From: a virus
Lineage: Duplodnaviria > Caudoviricetes
DNA: 64,000 bases
Strand: one strand, 5' to 3'
Virus record (IMG/VR): IMGVR_UViG_3300033072_000420
Coordinates: 4,961-68,960 of that record
Position 1 is the first letter of the stretch; every line of letters begins with the position of its first letter. A program made the position numbers and the translations under genes. Shown here one piece after another: positions 9,264-18,324 of the stretch. The notes under the pieces were generated by a model. That model saw only the letters and a list, made by a program, of their open reading frames with translations. It did no database searches and had not been told where the DNA came from.

Positions 9264-9902
9264 ATGGAGCAGGAGGACTCGCTTCAGCGTTCTCTTGCCC
9301 GTGTGGCATACTCGACCCCCGTCCTGGACCCTCTTTCCGGTCGGGATCGTCGGGAGCGCCGGTCTCGCTTCTTCTTCCGCCTTGAACCAGACATAAAAGC
9401 AGCGGAGGATTACCGTAAGCTGCAAATGTCTGCCAAGAAACTGGAACACATCGACGATGAGATCAGTGCCCGCCTCTCAACCTACAAGGAAGAAGCGGCC
9501 CCTGAGATCAAGGGGAACCTGGAGAAGGTTCGTGAGTTCTTCCTCACGAACGTTGCGCCCCTAACTCTAGCTGCCACTGGCGGCGCTCTTCAGGCTACCG
9601 ACATCGTCCAACGCATGGTTGACAGCGAGGTCGATCCTGGAATGCGGGGTCGCTTCGAGCAGATGGTCAACAGGGCAGCCGTCTATAAGATGGCTTTGTT
9701 TGTCATGGAGTACTTCCAACTTCCCCAGGAGCACCTTCCGGGTGTCATGGGCCTCACCAGTGAAGGCGGTGAGATGAAGTCGCTCCGTTCTATGATCGAG
9801 AAGCTAATTGAAAAACACGAAAACCTTGAAGGGGCGCTACGTAGATCCAGTCGAGGACAAGATTCGCGCTCTGTTCCCAAACCTGATCGAAAAGGTCGAT
9901 GA
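9264..9902 (+). CDS. Hypothetical helical protein directly upstream of terL (start 9264 preferred; ORF open from 9162)
   Basis: GAAGGA upstream of ATG 9264; position makes it a small-terminase candidate, unproven. Confidence 0.72.
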   Translation: MEQEDSLQRSLARVAYSTPVLDPLSGRDRRERRSRFFFRLEPDIKAAEDYRKLQMSAKKLEHIDDEISARLSTYKEEAAPEIKGNLEKVREFFLTNVAPLTLAATGGALQATDIVQRMVDSEVDPGMRGRFEQMVNRAAVYKMALFVMEYFQLPQEHLPGVMGLTSEGGEMKSLRSMIEKLIEKHENLEGALRRSSRGQDSRSVPKPDRKGR

Positions 9903-11940
9903 GTACTCTGCTGAGTTGCCGGAACATGGGGTTCTGGGGAAGGCTCCGCCCCCATCCAACAAGTACAACGACGACTTCGACATTGTCGCGCTGATGAATT
10001 CTGCCCGGGACCCTGATACGGGCCTCATCCGCGACTTGAAGATTGACGACAGCGACTTGCGGCTGGCCTCGTCGTTTTACGACTTCGCCCATACGACGAT
10101 CGGTTCAGACGCCCACCCTCCGTGGGCGGTGCAGATGTGGATCGGGCTGATGTTGTACGGAGAAGTCTGCCCCGTGTGTAGCCGGAAGAACTGGCTTGAC
10201 CTCAACTGGTTCGTGGACAACGTCCCAAAGGATATGCCGTCCGCTGAAATGAAGGGCCCCCTCAAGATCTTGCGTCATGGGGTGTGTCCGAAGTGCAAGA
10301 TGCACAAGCGTGACCTGATTAAGAATCACGGGCTCGTAAACTACATCGAGCTCGTCAACGTTCTTGGTCAGCGTTCGGGTAAGTCCGCGTCTGCTGCGTT
10401 CTATTCGGCGTATCACACTCACTGGTATCTGAAATTCCCAAGGCTTGCCACCTTGACTCCGGCGATGCAAAAGTCAACGGAGCTAACCGGCACGTTCGTG
10501 TCCCTGACGTTCAACAAGGCGTTTAGTCTGCTGTGGACACCATACGTCAACATCATCAACGAGAGCCGCTGGTTCACTGACTACAAGGCGATGCTAACAC
10601 ATCATGGTCAGATGTACGACACAGAGCTTTTCCGCATGAAGGACGAATACATCAAGTTCTATCACAAGGGCTTGCGTATGTATCCGTCTGGACCAAACTC
10701 ACAAACACTTCGCGGTGACACCCGTATCCTCGCCATCATCGACGAGCTTGGCTTGTTCCGGCTCCCGACTGGCAACGACGAGGAAGACGAGAAGAGCGAA
10801 CGCGCCAATGCTGACGAGGCCCACAAGTCCCTCACCAACAGCCTTGCCACGGTTCAATCCGTTCACCAGTCGCTGATTGCCCAAGGCATCAACTGCCCGC
10901 CAGCGCTCATGCTCGGGGTGTCATCTCCGATCTCTATGCGCGACAAGGTGATGCGTGTGTTAGCGGAGTCGCGGACACCAGAAGGAAAGAAGATGATCCT
11001 GGGGGTCAACCTCCCCACATGGAAAGTCAACCCATTCCTGAACCGGGATTCACCCGTTATCGTCAAAGCCTACCTTGCCAACAAGGAGAAGGCTGAGCGT
11101 GACTTCGGAGCCAATCCACCTCGGGTGTCCAGTGTGTTCCTGCGACCTGGGCAGGTGAAGCACGAACTGTTCTGCCTCAAGAACACACACGTTCTGAAAT
11201 ATATGTATGACAAGCCGGAGCTGATCTACGGAACGGTCGCCAAGGTCTACAGCCCGAAGTACCCTTCGGTCTTGTGCCTGGATGCAGGTCACGTGAACAA
11301 CAGCTTCTGTCTCGTTGGTGCCCACTTCGACTTTGAGGATCAGAAGACCAAGGTCACGACTGTGCTTGAGATCATGCCACACGACGACCGCAACGTCGAC
11401 TTCAACTTGCTTTACCAGAACGTGATCCTTCCCGTTGCGAAAGATATCAACGCAGTTGCTATCCTGGCTGATCAGTGGCAATCGCTTGACATCCTAAGCC
11501 GGGCTCGTGCAGACTTGGGTCTCGAACCACGCTCACACCGAGCCTTGTGTGTTGCGAGCCAGTACAGTCCGAAGCGCCGGGACTTCGATTCTGTTGCTTC
11601 CATGCTGGAGAACGGGAGCTATCAGTTCCCCAACTTGTCGAAGACGGACTACGATCACGTCTGCACAGACTACATTGACTTCCGGACCCTGCGGGAGCAG
11701 GCAATCAAGCATCTGTTCTTGCAGATGATGACGGTCAAAGATGTAGGCCCTGCACGTTGCCCTGAGAAAGGTGAGGGTTTCACAGACGACATCTTCCGGG
11801 CGTTTGTGCTGACGTCCAAGATCCACCACGACAAGATCATGGATCGTCTTCGCAAAGCACATGAGGAGAAATGGTTCGCGGGTAAGGGAGCAGGGAACGC
11901 GATGCCGATGCCCGTGTACGTGTCACGCGGTCTCTACTAG
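9808..11940 (+). CDS. terL: Terminase large subunit (start uncertain)
   Basis: Walker A LGQRSGKS, Walker B ILAIIDE, RNase H-like nuclease VLCLDAG ... DDIF; CPVC/CPKC insert. Confidence 0.88.
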   Translation: MKNTKTLKGRYVDPVEDKIRALFPNLIEKVDEYSAELPEHGVLGKAPPPSNKYNDDFDIVALMNSARDPDTGLIRDLKIDDSDLRLASSFYDFAHTTIGSDAHPPWAVQMWIGLMLYGEVCPVCSRKNWLDLNWFVDNVPKDMPSAEMKGPLKILRHGVCPKCKMHKRDLIKNHGLVNYIELVNVLGQRSGKSASAAFYSAYHTHWYLKFPRLATLTPAMQKSTELTGTFVSLTFNKAFSLLWTPYVNIINESRWFTDYKAMLTHHGQMYDTELFRMKDEYIKFYHKGLRMYPSGPNSQTLRGDTRILAIIDELGLFRLPTGNDEEDEKSERANADEAHKSLTNSLATVQSVHQSLIAQGINCPPALMLGVSSPISMRDKVMRVLAESRTPEGKKMILGVNLPTWKVNPFLNRDSPVIVKAYLANKEKAERDFGANPPRVSSVFLRPGQVKHELFCLKNTHVLKYMYDKPELIYGTVAKVYSPKYPSVLCLDAGHVNNSFCLVGAHFDFEDQKTKVTTVLEIMPHDDRNVDFNLLYQNVILPVAKDINAVAILADQWQSLDILSRARADLGLEPRSHRALCVASQYSPKRRDFDSVASMLENGSYQFPNLSKTDYDHVCTDYIDFRTLREQAIKHLFLQMMTVKDVGPARCPEKGEGFTDDIFRAFVLTSKIHHDKIMDRLRKAHEEKWFAGKGAGNAMPMPVYVSRGLY

Positions 11941-11956
11941 GGGCGAACGCGTCGAC

Positions 11957-11993
11957 AATTTTATGGGGAACGGGGGCACCGAAAGGTGCTCCC
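11957..11993 (+). promoter_or_regulatory. Putative late promoter/processing motif AATTTTATGGGGAAC followed by a GAAA-tetraloop hairpin
   Basis: Intergenic; exact 15-mer also on the - strand at 47334-47348; hairpin GGGGGCACC-GAAA-GGTGCTCCC without a U-tract. Confidence 0.5.
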
Positions 11994-12020
11994 TCCCACA
12001 CAAATTCCGTACACAAAACC

Positions 12021-12602
12021 ATGGCTAAGAAGCGCAAACCCAAACCTAGAAAGATCCGCGAGTATCTGATACCTGATCGCCTAACACCGAAACCATCAAA
12101 GCTGATACTTGGCTGTGACCCTGGTTCCAAGAACTTCGGCATAGCTCTTGTGGGCTTGGTGAATGGGAAGCCTCACTGCTATGCAAACGCAGTGTTGAAT
12201 TTCCCAATCGACACTCTGCTTGAGTTCAACCGCGCATCGGACGAGTATCTTGCAGAGATGGATCAGTGGGTGGCAAAGGATCCAGACGCGATTGTGGCTG
12301 AACGCTTCCAAACTCGTGGGAACGGTGGGCCTCTCATTGAGCAAGTCAGTGTGATGATTGGCTTGCTGCAACAGTACGGTCTCCCAATGAAGCTGACCAT
12401 CGCCTCTGCCTGGAAGAATGCAGTGCGCCGTCAGTTCGGGCTTGATCTGCGTGAAGATGTGTACGGTCGAATTTCTGTGGAACCCCATCAGCTGGACGCT
12501 GCCCTAATCGGTGTATACGGGCTTGAGCAGGGAACTGGACTCAAGCTCGATTACGACTTCGAGGCATTTGTCCGCAACGTAGAAAAGACGAGTCTCATAT
12601 GA
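12021..12602 (+). CDS. ruvC: RuvC-like Holliday junction resolvase
   Basis: ILGCDPGSKNFG (D), IVAERFQ (E), HQLDAALIG (D) RNase H-fold catalytic pattern. Confidence 0.78.
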   Translation: MAKKRKPKPRKIREYLIPDRLTPKPSKLILGCDPGSKNFGIALVGLVNGKPHCYANAVLNFPIDTLLEFNRASDEYLAEMDQWVAKDPDAIVAERFQTRGNGGPLIEQVSVMIGLLQQYGLPMKLTIASAWKNAVRRQFGLDLREDVYGRISVEPHQLDAALIGVYGLEQGTGLKLDYDFEAFVRNVEKTSLI

Positions 12603-12862
12603 ACAAGATGCCCCGTGCTTGGATCGTAGCCAGCAACAAACCTAGCAGCCAGCCAACGGCTGAATCTACGGAAACGAAACAAGTCGTTGCCAGAATCGAC
12701 ATGAGCGAAGAGGTTGCAGGTCGTGGCCTGTGCCCCGAGTGCAAGACCCCGATGAAGATCGCCCGTGCCGGTATATCCCGAGCCTGGATCTGCGCAGCAG
12801 ACCGTATCACACTCCCACTCCCAAATGGCTACAAAGAAAACGACCAACAAGAAAGTCGGTGA
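12599..12862 (+). CDS. Small zinc-ribbon-like protein
   Basis: CPEC ... WICAAD; ATGA coupling. Confidence 0.62.
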   Translation: MNKMPRAWIVASNKPSSQPTAESTETKQVVARIDMSEEVAGRGLCPECKTPMKIARAGISRAWICAADRITLPLPNGYKENDQQESR

Positions 12863-13739
12863 CTCGAATGTGCGCCAGCCACGTTCCGACTTGGATGATG
12901 AGGCCATACTGCGCCGCAAAGCCCAGGCTGAGAAGCGCGGCAAGAAACCCAAGCGCACTGGATTTGACGACGAAGACATTCTCCCGCCACGTGATCGTCG
13001 TAAGGCAGCAACTGCTCCGTCAGCGCGCCGTGCTGCCAAGGCGAAGGTCAATCAAAGTGAACTCGTGATTCAGGACGTCAAGGTTCGTCGTGTCGCGAAG
13101 GATGTTCCTGTTCGCAAAAAGTCTGACGTCTCAGTTGTAACCGAACGCATGCTGAAGGAGAAGCCGGTCAAGGCAAACCTACCAGCTCGCGTTGAGCGGC
13201 GTGAAGTAGTGCCGGATCTACCTGACCGCCCACGTAAGCGCATCAGCAAGAACGATCGTCATGAAATGACGTCGATCATAGCGGATGACGCCGAGCAGAT
13301 GCTGCAGCTTCTTGAAGAGGGCAGCAACGAAACGGCGATGTCCCTGATACAGAAGCGATTGCTGCAAAGCTTGATCGACGCAGTTGCGCACGCTGAGAAC
13401 AACGTGCGCACGTCGAAGGGCTCTAAGGGTGTGTACCAGCTCAACAGCCTGATCACGTCGATCCGTGAACTGTTGATAGACCAGCAAGCTGCACGCGACA
13501 AGGGCATGGTTGGTCAGGTCATCGTGGAACAGATCATACGCCCTAACTTCCTGGACATCGGCATGGAGTTCGTGCAAGACTCGGAAGTGCTGAAGACAAA
13601 AATACGTGGGATGATGTCGCATGAGACGTACAAGAAGGTCGAAGACCTACAGAACCAGTTCACGCAGAAGTTCGCGGAGTCGCTCCAGTCCCGCTATCGA
13701 ACAATCCAAGAGTCCATCATCAAGCACCTCCAGAGCTGA
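12825..13739 (+). CDS. Hypothetical protein, basic disordered N-half and helical C-half
   Basis: MATKKTTNKK start at 12825 within ORF 12765..13739; lies between resolvase and portal. Confidence 0.78.
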   Translation: MATKKTTNKKVGDSNVRQPRSDLDDEAILRRKAQAEKRGKKPKRTGFDDEDILPPRDRRKAATAPSARRAAKAKVNQSELVIQDVKVRRVAKDVPVRKKSDVSVVTERMLKEKPVKANLPARVERREVVPDLPDRPRKRISKNDRHEMTSIIADDAEQMLQLLEEGSNETAMSLIQKRLLQSLIDAVAHAENNVRTSKGSKGVYQLNSLITSIRELLIDQQAARDKGMVGQVIVEQIIRPNFLDIGMEFVQDSEVLKTKIRGMMSHETYKKVEDLQNQFTQKFAESLQSRYRTIQESIIKHLQS

Positions 13740-14190
13740 GATCGCCGACAACATCAAGAAGGCGGTCGGCAGGTACTACTATAAGAAGCACCGTGCTGTC
13801 TACTTCGAGCTTGGTCTCAACAGAAGTGGGCGGTTACGTGCTGATGTGTTCGCCCTGGCTATGAACGGCTACACTGTGATCGTCGAGGTCAAGAGCTCAG
13901 TGGCTGACTTCCGGGCCGACAAGAAGATGGCAGGGTACGAAGAGTTTTGCAATCAGTTCTACTTGGCAACTACTGCGAAGGTTTACGCCAAGGTCAAGGA
14001 CGACATACTTCCTGGTATGGGGGCATTCATCATGTCCGAAGATGGGCGAACTATTATGAAGGTGAAGGCTGCGAAGCGCTTCGAGCTAGATCCTGAGGTT
14101 GTTCTAAATCTGGCCATCCGGTGTGCGTTTAGGGACAGTGACACCAGTACCCGAAAGAACAAGAATGCCAAATCACAATTCACCGCATAG
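13621..14190 (+). CDS. mmcB: MmcB-like PD-(D/E)XK nuclease (start uncertain)
   Basis: RADVFAL...IVEVKSSVADFRADKKM..YEEFCNQFYLA matches the MmcB family pattern. Confidence 0.7.
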   Translation: MRRTRRSKTYRTSSRRSSRSRSSPAIEQSKSPSSSTSRAEIADNIKKAVGRYYYKKHRAVYFELGLNRSGRLRADVFALAMNGYTVIVEVKSSVADFRADKKMAGYEEFCNQFYLATTAKVYAKVKDDILPGMGAFIMSEDGRTIMKVKAAKRFELDPEVVLNLAIRCAFRDSDTSTRKNKNAKSQFTA

Positions 14191-14281
14191 GTTCTTCACT
14201 GTCGAAGAGGTGAAGGAACGTGCTAGTCAAGAGATGGCCCGCACTGGGCTTTCTGCCGAAGAACTTCTCAGGAGATCCGCC

Positions 14282-14488
14282 ATGTCGATCAAGCTTGAAG
14301 CCAAGTCTCGTCTGCTGTCAGCCCCGATTGAAGGGCCCATCGAAAAAGGTGCGTTCCATCGCTGGTTGGGGAAATCGGAAGATTCGCCAATCACGGAAGC
14401 GGATATCAAGAAGGGGTTGGCCTCGAAAGATCCGCACGTCAGGAAGATGGCCAACTTCGCGAAGAATGCCCGCAAGTGGAAGCACTGA
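14282..14488 (+). CDS. Small basic protein with N-terminal KLEAKSRLLS motif
   Basis: AGGAG at 14270-14274, 7 nt before ATG 14282 (ORF open from 14123). Confidence 0.68.
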   Translation: MSIKLEAKSRLLSAPIEGPIEKGAFHRWLGKSEDSPITEADIKKGLASKDPHVRKMANFAKNARKWKH

Positions 14489-14518
14489 GGTTCCGTTAAC
14501 AGGTGATCGGAGGTTGTC

Positions 14519-14683
14519 ATGCATCAGACCAAGACTACCCGCAAGGATGTTGACCGTGGGCTGGTCGAGCAGTGGTTCCTTGAACAGGAACAAGACGCAC
14601 AGCAGCAGGCCGAAGAAGACTTGCAACCCATCACATACGAAAGAGATTCGCAATGTTCACAAAGAACAAGGTCACTTACATAA
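14519..14683 (+). CDS. Small 54-aa acidic/Gln-rich ORF (not in the ORF track)
   Basis: GGAGG at 14509-14513, ATG 14519, MHQTKTTRKDVDRGLVEQWF...RSLT*, TAA 14681-14683; fills the gap before the portal. Confidence 0.5.
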   Translation: MHQTKTTRKDVDRGLVEQWFLEQEQDAQQQAEEDLQPITYERDSQCSQRTRSLT

Positions 14684-16440
14684 AAGGCAGCACCTTCAAG
14701 ACGGATCGTGAGTCCGCTACCCCTATCACCGCGGCGACAGGGAATCTATCGAGCGCGTCGATGCTTGGAGTCTCCGCCTACTCTTCAAGCACGTACAACT
14801 ACTGGCTCTCTGGTCTGCTCCCTGCTACACCAGACTTGCCGGACATGCAGTCGCTGGCGTTCTTCTACCGCGACCAATATATGTACGACAACGTCGCTGG
14901 CAGCGTTGTCGACATCATGTCCGTCTTCCCGTTCTCGGACTTCGAGCTTCGAGGTCTTGAAGAGAAACAGCTTGACGTGTTCGAGACTGCGGTCGAGCGT
15001 CTGAATCTGCGAGACCTGTTCCCGCAGCTGAGTATCGCTCACCTTGTAGACGGGTACTTCTGCGGCTCTATGGTGTACGACCCGGCCGCTAAGAACTTCA
15101 TGGACATCCTGATCCATGACGCGTTGCAGTGCAACGTCATCCCATCACCGTTCAACAACATTGACCCAACGGTCAAGGTCACGGTCTCAGGCCCAACGCG
15201 CCAGTTCTTGGAGAACACTTCCGAGTACGCCAAGAAGTACATCAGCACGATGCCCGCTGGATTCATCGAGCTGTTGAAGGAAGGGGCGTTCACACTGGAT
15301 CCCCTGACTACGCTGTTCGTTGGGCGTCGTGGGCTGACCGACCGGGCTTACCAGTCTTTCCTGCATCGCACACTCCCCATGTACCTGATCGAGAAGACCA
15401 TGTATAGGGGGACCTTGGTTGAGGCAACTCGACGCCAGCGCGCCATGTCCCACGTTACTGCAGGTGACGACGTGTGGACTCCCACGTCTGAAGAGCTGCG
15501 CATCTTGGTTGATCAGTTCCAGAACGCTGAACGCGATCCGATTGGTGGGTGGATCAGTACTCGCAACAGCGTGCAGGTCCAGGATCTACGCCCAGGTGGC
15601 GATTTCTGGAAGTGGACAGACATGAGCGACATTCTGACTCCGTACAAGTTGCGGGCTCTGGGTGTGTCAGAAGCTCTGTTGTCCGGTGACGCTAGCTATG
15701 CTGCCGCTGAATCCAGCTACTCAACGTTCCTGGAGTCAGTCAATGCTTATCGTACCCACCTGACGAACAACGTCTTCTATCGGAAGCTCTTCCCCATCAT
15801 CGCGGTGGCGAATCGTCTCTACAAGGACGGTGGTGCGCACAAGGACATCAACCCCATCGACTTCCTGTTCAATCAGGGCAACCGGAACAAGTTGCTGCAG
15901 CCTCAACTGCACTGGCACAAGGACCTGACTGGGCGCGCTGAAGACAACATGATGGATCTGTTGGAGAAGCTTTCTGAGCATCAGATCCCGGTTCCCTTGA
16001 AGATGTGGCTGGCAGCGGCTGGCATCGACAAGGACACGCTTGTCCGTGACCACAACGAAGATGCGGAGCTGCGGAAAGCCCTCGGCATCGCAGACGTTTC
16101 CCAATCCTCTGGTGGGCAGGGTGGTGACGAGACTGGCGGCGGTGAACTCGATGATGACGGGGACGATAGTGGTGAAAGCCCACAGGTCACCAGTGCCTCG
16201 GTGTCTAGTCCGTTCGCACCACGTCGTCGCAGTATCCTGAGCCGTGAATTCCATGGGGACATCGGTCTTTCCAAGACTGGCAAGCCGCGTTACTTGGCGA
16301 AGACACAGGCCCAAATTCGGGATGACAACTGGAAGATCGCCAAGATGGCTGCGGCCATGGAGGATCCCAACACACGGGCACATCTGCGTAAGCAGAACAT
16401 CATCAAAACCGGCAGTGCAACCATCAAGGGGCTTGTATGA
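14653..16440 (+). CDS. Portal protein (putative)
   Basis: 595 aa, downstream of terL; portal-like YMYDNVAGSVVD N-region and LRALGVSEALLSG wing region; acidic C-terminal linker. Confidence 0.68.
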   Translation: MFTKNKVTYIKGSTFKTDRESATPITAATGNLSSASMLGVSAYSSSTYNYWLSGLLPATPDLPDMQSLAFFYRDQYMYDNVAGSVVDIMSVFPFSDFELRGLEEKQLDVFETAVERLNLRDLFPQLSIAHLVDGYFCGSMVYDPAAKNFMDILIHDALQCNVIPSPFNNIDPTVKVTVSGPTRQFLENTSEYAKKYISTMPAGFIELLKEGAFTLDPLTTLFVGRRGLTDRAYQSFLHRTLPMYLIEKTMYRGTLVEATRRQRAMSHVTAGDDVWTPTSEELRILVDQFQNAERDPIGGWISTRNSVQVQDLRPGGDFWKWTDMSDILTPYKLRALGVSEALLSGDASYAAAESSYSTFLESVNAYRTHLTNNVFYRKLFPIIAVANRLYKDGGAHKDINPIDFLFNQGNRNKLLQPQLHWHKDLTGRAEDNMMDLLEKLSEHQIPVPLKMWLAAAGIDKDTLVRDHNEDAELRKALGIADVSQSSGGQGGDETGGGELDDDGDDSGESPQVTSASVSSPFAPRRRSILSREFHGDIGLSKTGKPRYLAKTQAQIRDDNWKIAKMAAAMEDPNTRAHLRKQNIIKTGSATIKGLV

Positions 16441-16676
16441 AACTGAATGCCAAAACCCGCCTGCTCGCAACTGAAGACCCAGTCATCGAGCAGAAGAAGC
16501 AACAGATCGAGAACCTGAAGCGGAGCATGCCGTCGCGGCAAAACCGCATGCAGGTTTCTCCGCATCAGAAGCTGAACACACAGAAGCAGATCAATCAGGT
16601 CAAAGACCAGATCCTTGACCGCCGGGCCGAAAATGAGGCCAAGAAGAACCGAGAAGGTAACAAGACGGGGGAATGA
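16437..16676 (+). CDS. Small basic coiled-coil protein with N-terminal KLNAKTRLLA motif
   Basis: ATGA coupling to the portal gene. Confidence 0.72.
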   Translation: MKLNAKTRLLATEDPVIEQKKQQIENLKRSMPSRQNRMQVSPHQKLNTQKQINQVKDQILDRRAENEAKKNREGNKTGE

Positions 16677-16677
16677 C

Positions 16678-16923
16678 ATGTATAGCTTTCTGCTTGAATC
16701 CCGAATCAAGGGAGAAGACGAGTACTCGTTTTTTACCTACAAGAAGGGCCCGCCCATCACTGTTGATTTCCGTGGTCAACCACGCGAGATCAAGAAGGGT
16801 ACACGCTTCGGGGTGCGCCCTTCCAGCAATGGCAAGTTCGTGCGATTGGTTTTCCCCGGCGAGCTCACCAAGGTGATAACCGTCCCTATGGAGACTGCAC
16901 AGAAACTCGCCAAGGGAGTCTGA
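16678..16923 (+). CDS. Hypothetical (probable virion) protein
   Basis: ATG 16678 immediately after the previous stop (MYSFLLESRI...). Confidence 0.7.
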   Translation: MYSFLLESRIKGEDEYSFFTYKKGPPITVDFRGQPREIKKGTRFGVRPSSNGKFVRLVFPGELTKVITVPMETAQKLAKGV

Positions 16924-16924
16924 T

Positions 16925-17386
16925 ATGGCAGATCCTGATGTGAAGACTGTGCTGCCCCCGCGCAGCAACATCGTGGGCCTCTATTATGAGGCCTACAACC
17001 CCGATGTGCAGATACAGATTCTACGGGATCTTATTGCGCTGTCGGCTGAATTCGGCCCTGACTTCTCGGTCAATGATCGAGGGGGAATGGTTCCCAAGGA
17101 AATGCTTGAGGATCTCCATCTGAGGACCGACAATTCACCCCCGGACCTTGCTATACGTTACAAGGTGGGGGACACGTGGCCGAAGGTGCCAACCGGCATC
17201 GAGATTGTGGACCGCAATCTAACCCCCGATGTTTCACGCATAGTGCTTGAACAGGATGCTGGCGACCCCAACTACCTGAAGCCTCAGGGACGTGAGGGTG
17301 CCAACTTGACCGAGCGCTACCTCAACCGAACCTACCCACGCGGCAAGGGAATCGTAGACCCCATTGTCATGCTTCTCTGGACTTGA
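16925..17386 (+). CDS. Hypothetical (probable virion) protein
   Basis: Packed ORF in the structural block. Confidence 0.75.
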   Translation: MADPDVKTVLPPRSNIVGLYYEAYNPDVQIQILRDLIALSAEFGPDFSVNDRGGMVPKEMLEDLHLRTDNSPPDLAIRYKVGDTWPKVPTGIEIVDRNLTPDVSRIVLEQDAGDPNYLKPQGREGANLTERYLNRTYPRGKGIVDPIVMLLWT

Positions 17387-17466
17387 CAGTCCTCTAATCC
17401 AGGTGGTTGGCCGACCATCGCGGTTCAAAACGTCGGCCGTCCCTCTGGCACAACTCACGCTGCCAT

Positions 17467-18309
17467 ATGATCTCCGTATCTGACATTCTAGGCAACGCCG
17501 CGTCCGAAGTAAAAGGCGGACTCGGTTCGGCCTTAAACCAAGCCACCAGCGGTGACATCGCTGGTGCTGTAACAACAATAGTGGACACTGCATCCGGGCT
17601 CGGCGCGGGGTTGTCCAATCAATCCGGTGCTGGCTATGGGGACGACTTCGCGGGTATGCAGGCCCGCGAGGACGCCATGCAGTCGTGGTGCTGGTACGCG
17701 ATCATGCCGCTGATTGTCAATCAGAACACGGTTGCAGTCGCAAGCATGAATCCCACCGCTTCGTTACCGTGGTACTACGTTGAAGACGCTCAGCTGCCCC
17801 AACGCCAGATTGAGAGCAAGACCGTGGATCGCAATGGTCACTCTGTCAGCTACGCGGAGTCTTATCGTGTCGATGGGTTGAGCCTCACCCTCTTCATGGA
17901 CAACGCGAACAAGGCCCACAACTACCTGAAGGCATGGCAAGCACTTATAGTCGGCAACACCGACCCAACCAAGCAGAACAACCAGGGTATCTGGGGATTC
18001 CCAGCTCAGTACAAGAAGGACATCACGATCGTGGTGACCTCAGTCACTAAGAAGAAGCTGTTGAGCTTCAAGTACACAGGCTGCTACCCAACGAACTTGG
18101 ATCAGCTGCAGCTTGACTCAGGGCAATCCAACCGGCTGAAACAGCAGGTCAGCTTCAACTGTGACGACGTCGGGGTCACTGTGATGAACTTGAATGGGCC
18201 GCTGCAGAATCTGATTTCGACAGCAACCGGCTACGGATTGACCGCACTGAACGGCATGTCCACTCAAGTCATCGCGGGCGCCCTGAGCGCAGCAGGTAGC
18301 ATTTTCTAA
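17467..18309 (+). CDS. Tail tube/tube-initiator-like protein (T4 gp19/gp54 fold)
   Basis: LSLTLFMD...YLKAWQ...YKKDITI...YTGCYPT.L..L.LD tube-family pattern; ATG 17467. Confidence 0.62.
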   Translation: MISVSDILGNAASEVKGGLGSALNQATSGDIAGAVTTIVDTASGLGAGLSNQSGAGYGDDFAGMQAREDAMQSWCWYAIMPLIVNQNTVAVASMNPTASLPWYYVEDAQLPQRQIESKTVDRNGHSVSYAESYRVDGLSLTLFMDNANKAHNYLKAWQALIVGNTDPTKQNNQGIWGFPAQYKKDITIVVTSVTKKKLLSFKYTGCYPTNLDQLQLDSGQSNRLKQQVSFNCDDVGVTVMNLNGPLQNLISTATGYGLTALNGMSTQVIAGALSAAGSIF

Positions 18310-18324
18310 CAACAAGGAAACATC

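Noticed and set aside
17409-17438. Hairpin GGCCGAC/GTCGGCC with GGTTCAAA in the loop, resembling a tRNA T-loop
   Set aside because: No T-stem pairing, acceptor stem, D-arm or anticodon arm; at most a 5'-UTR hairpin
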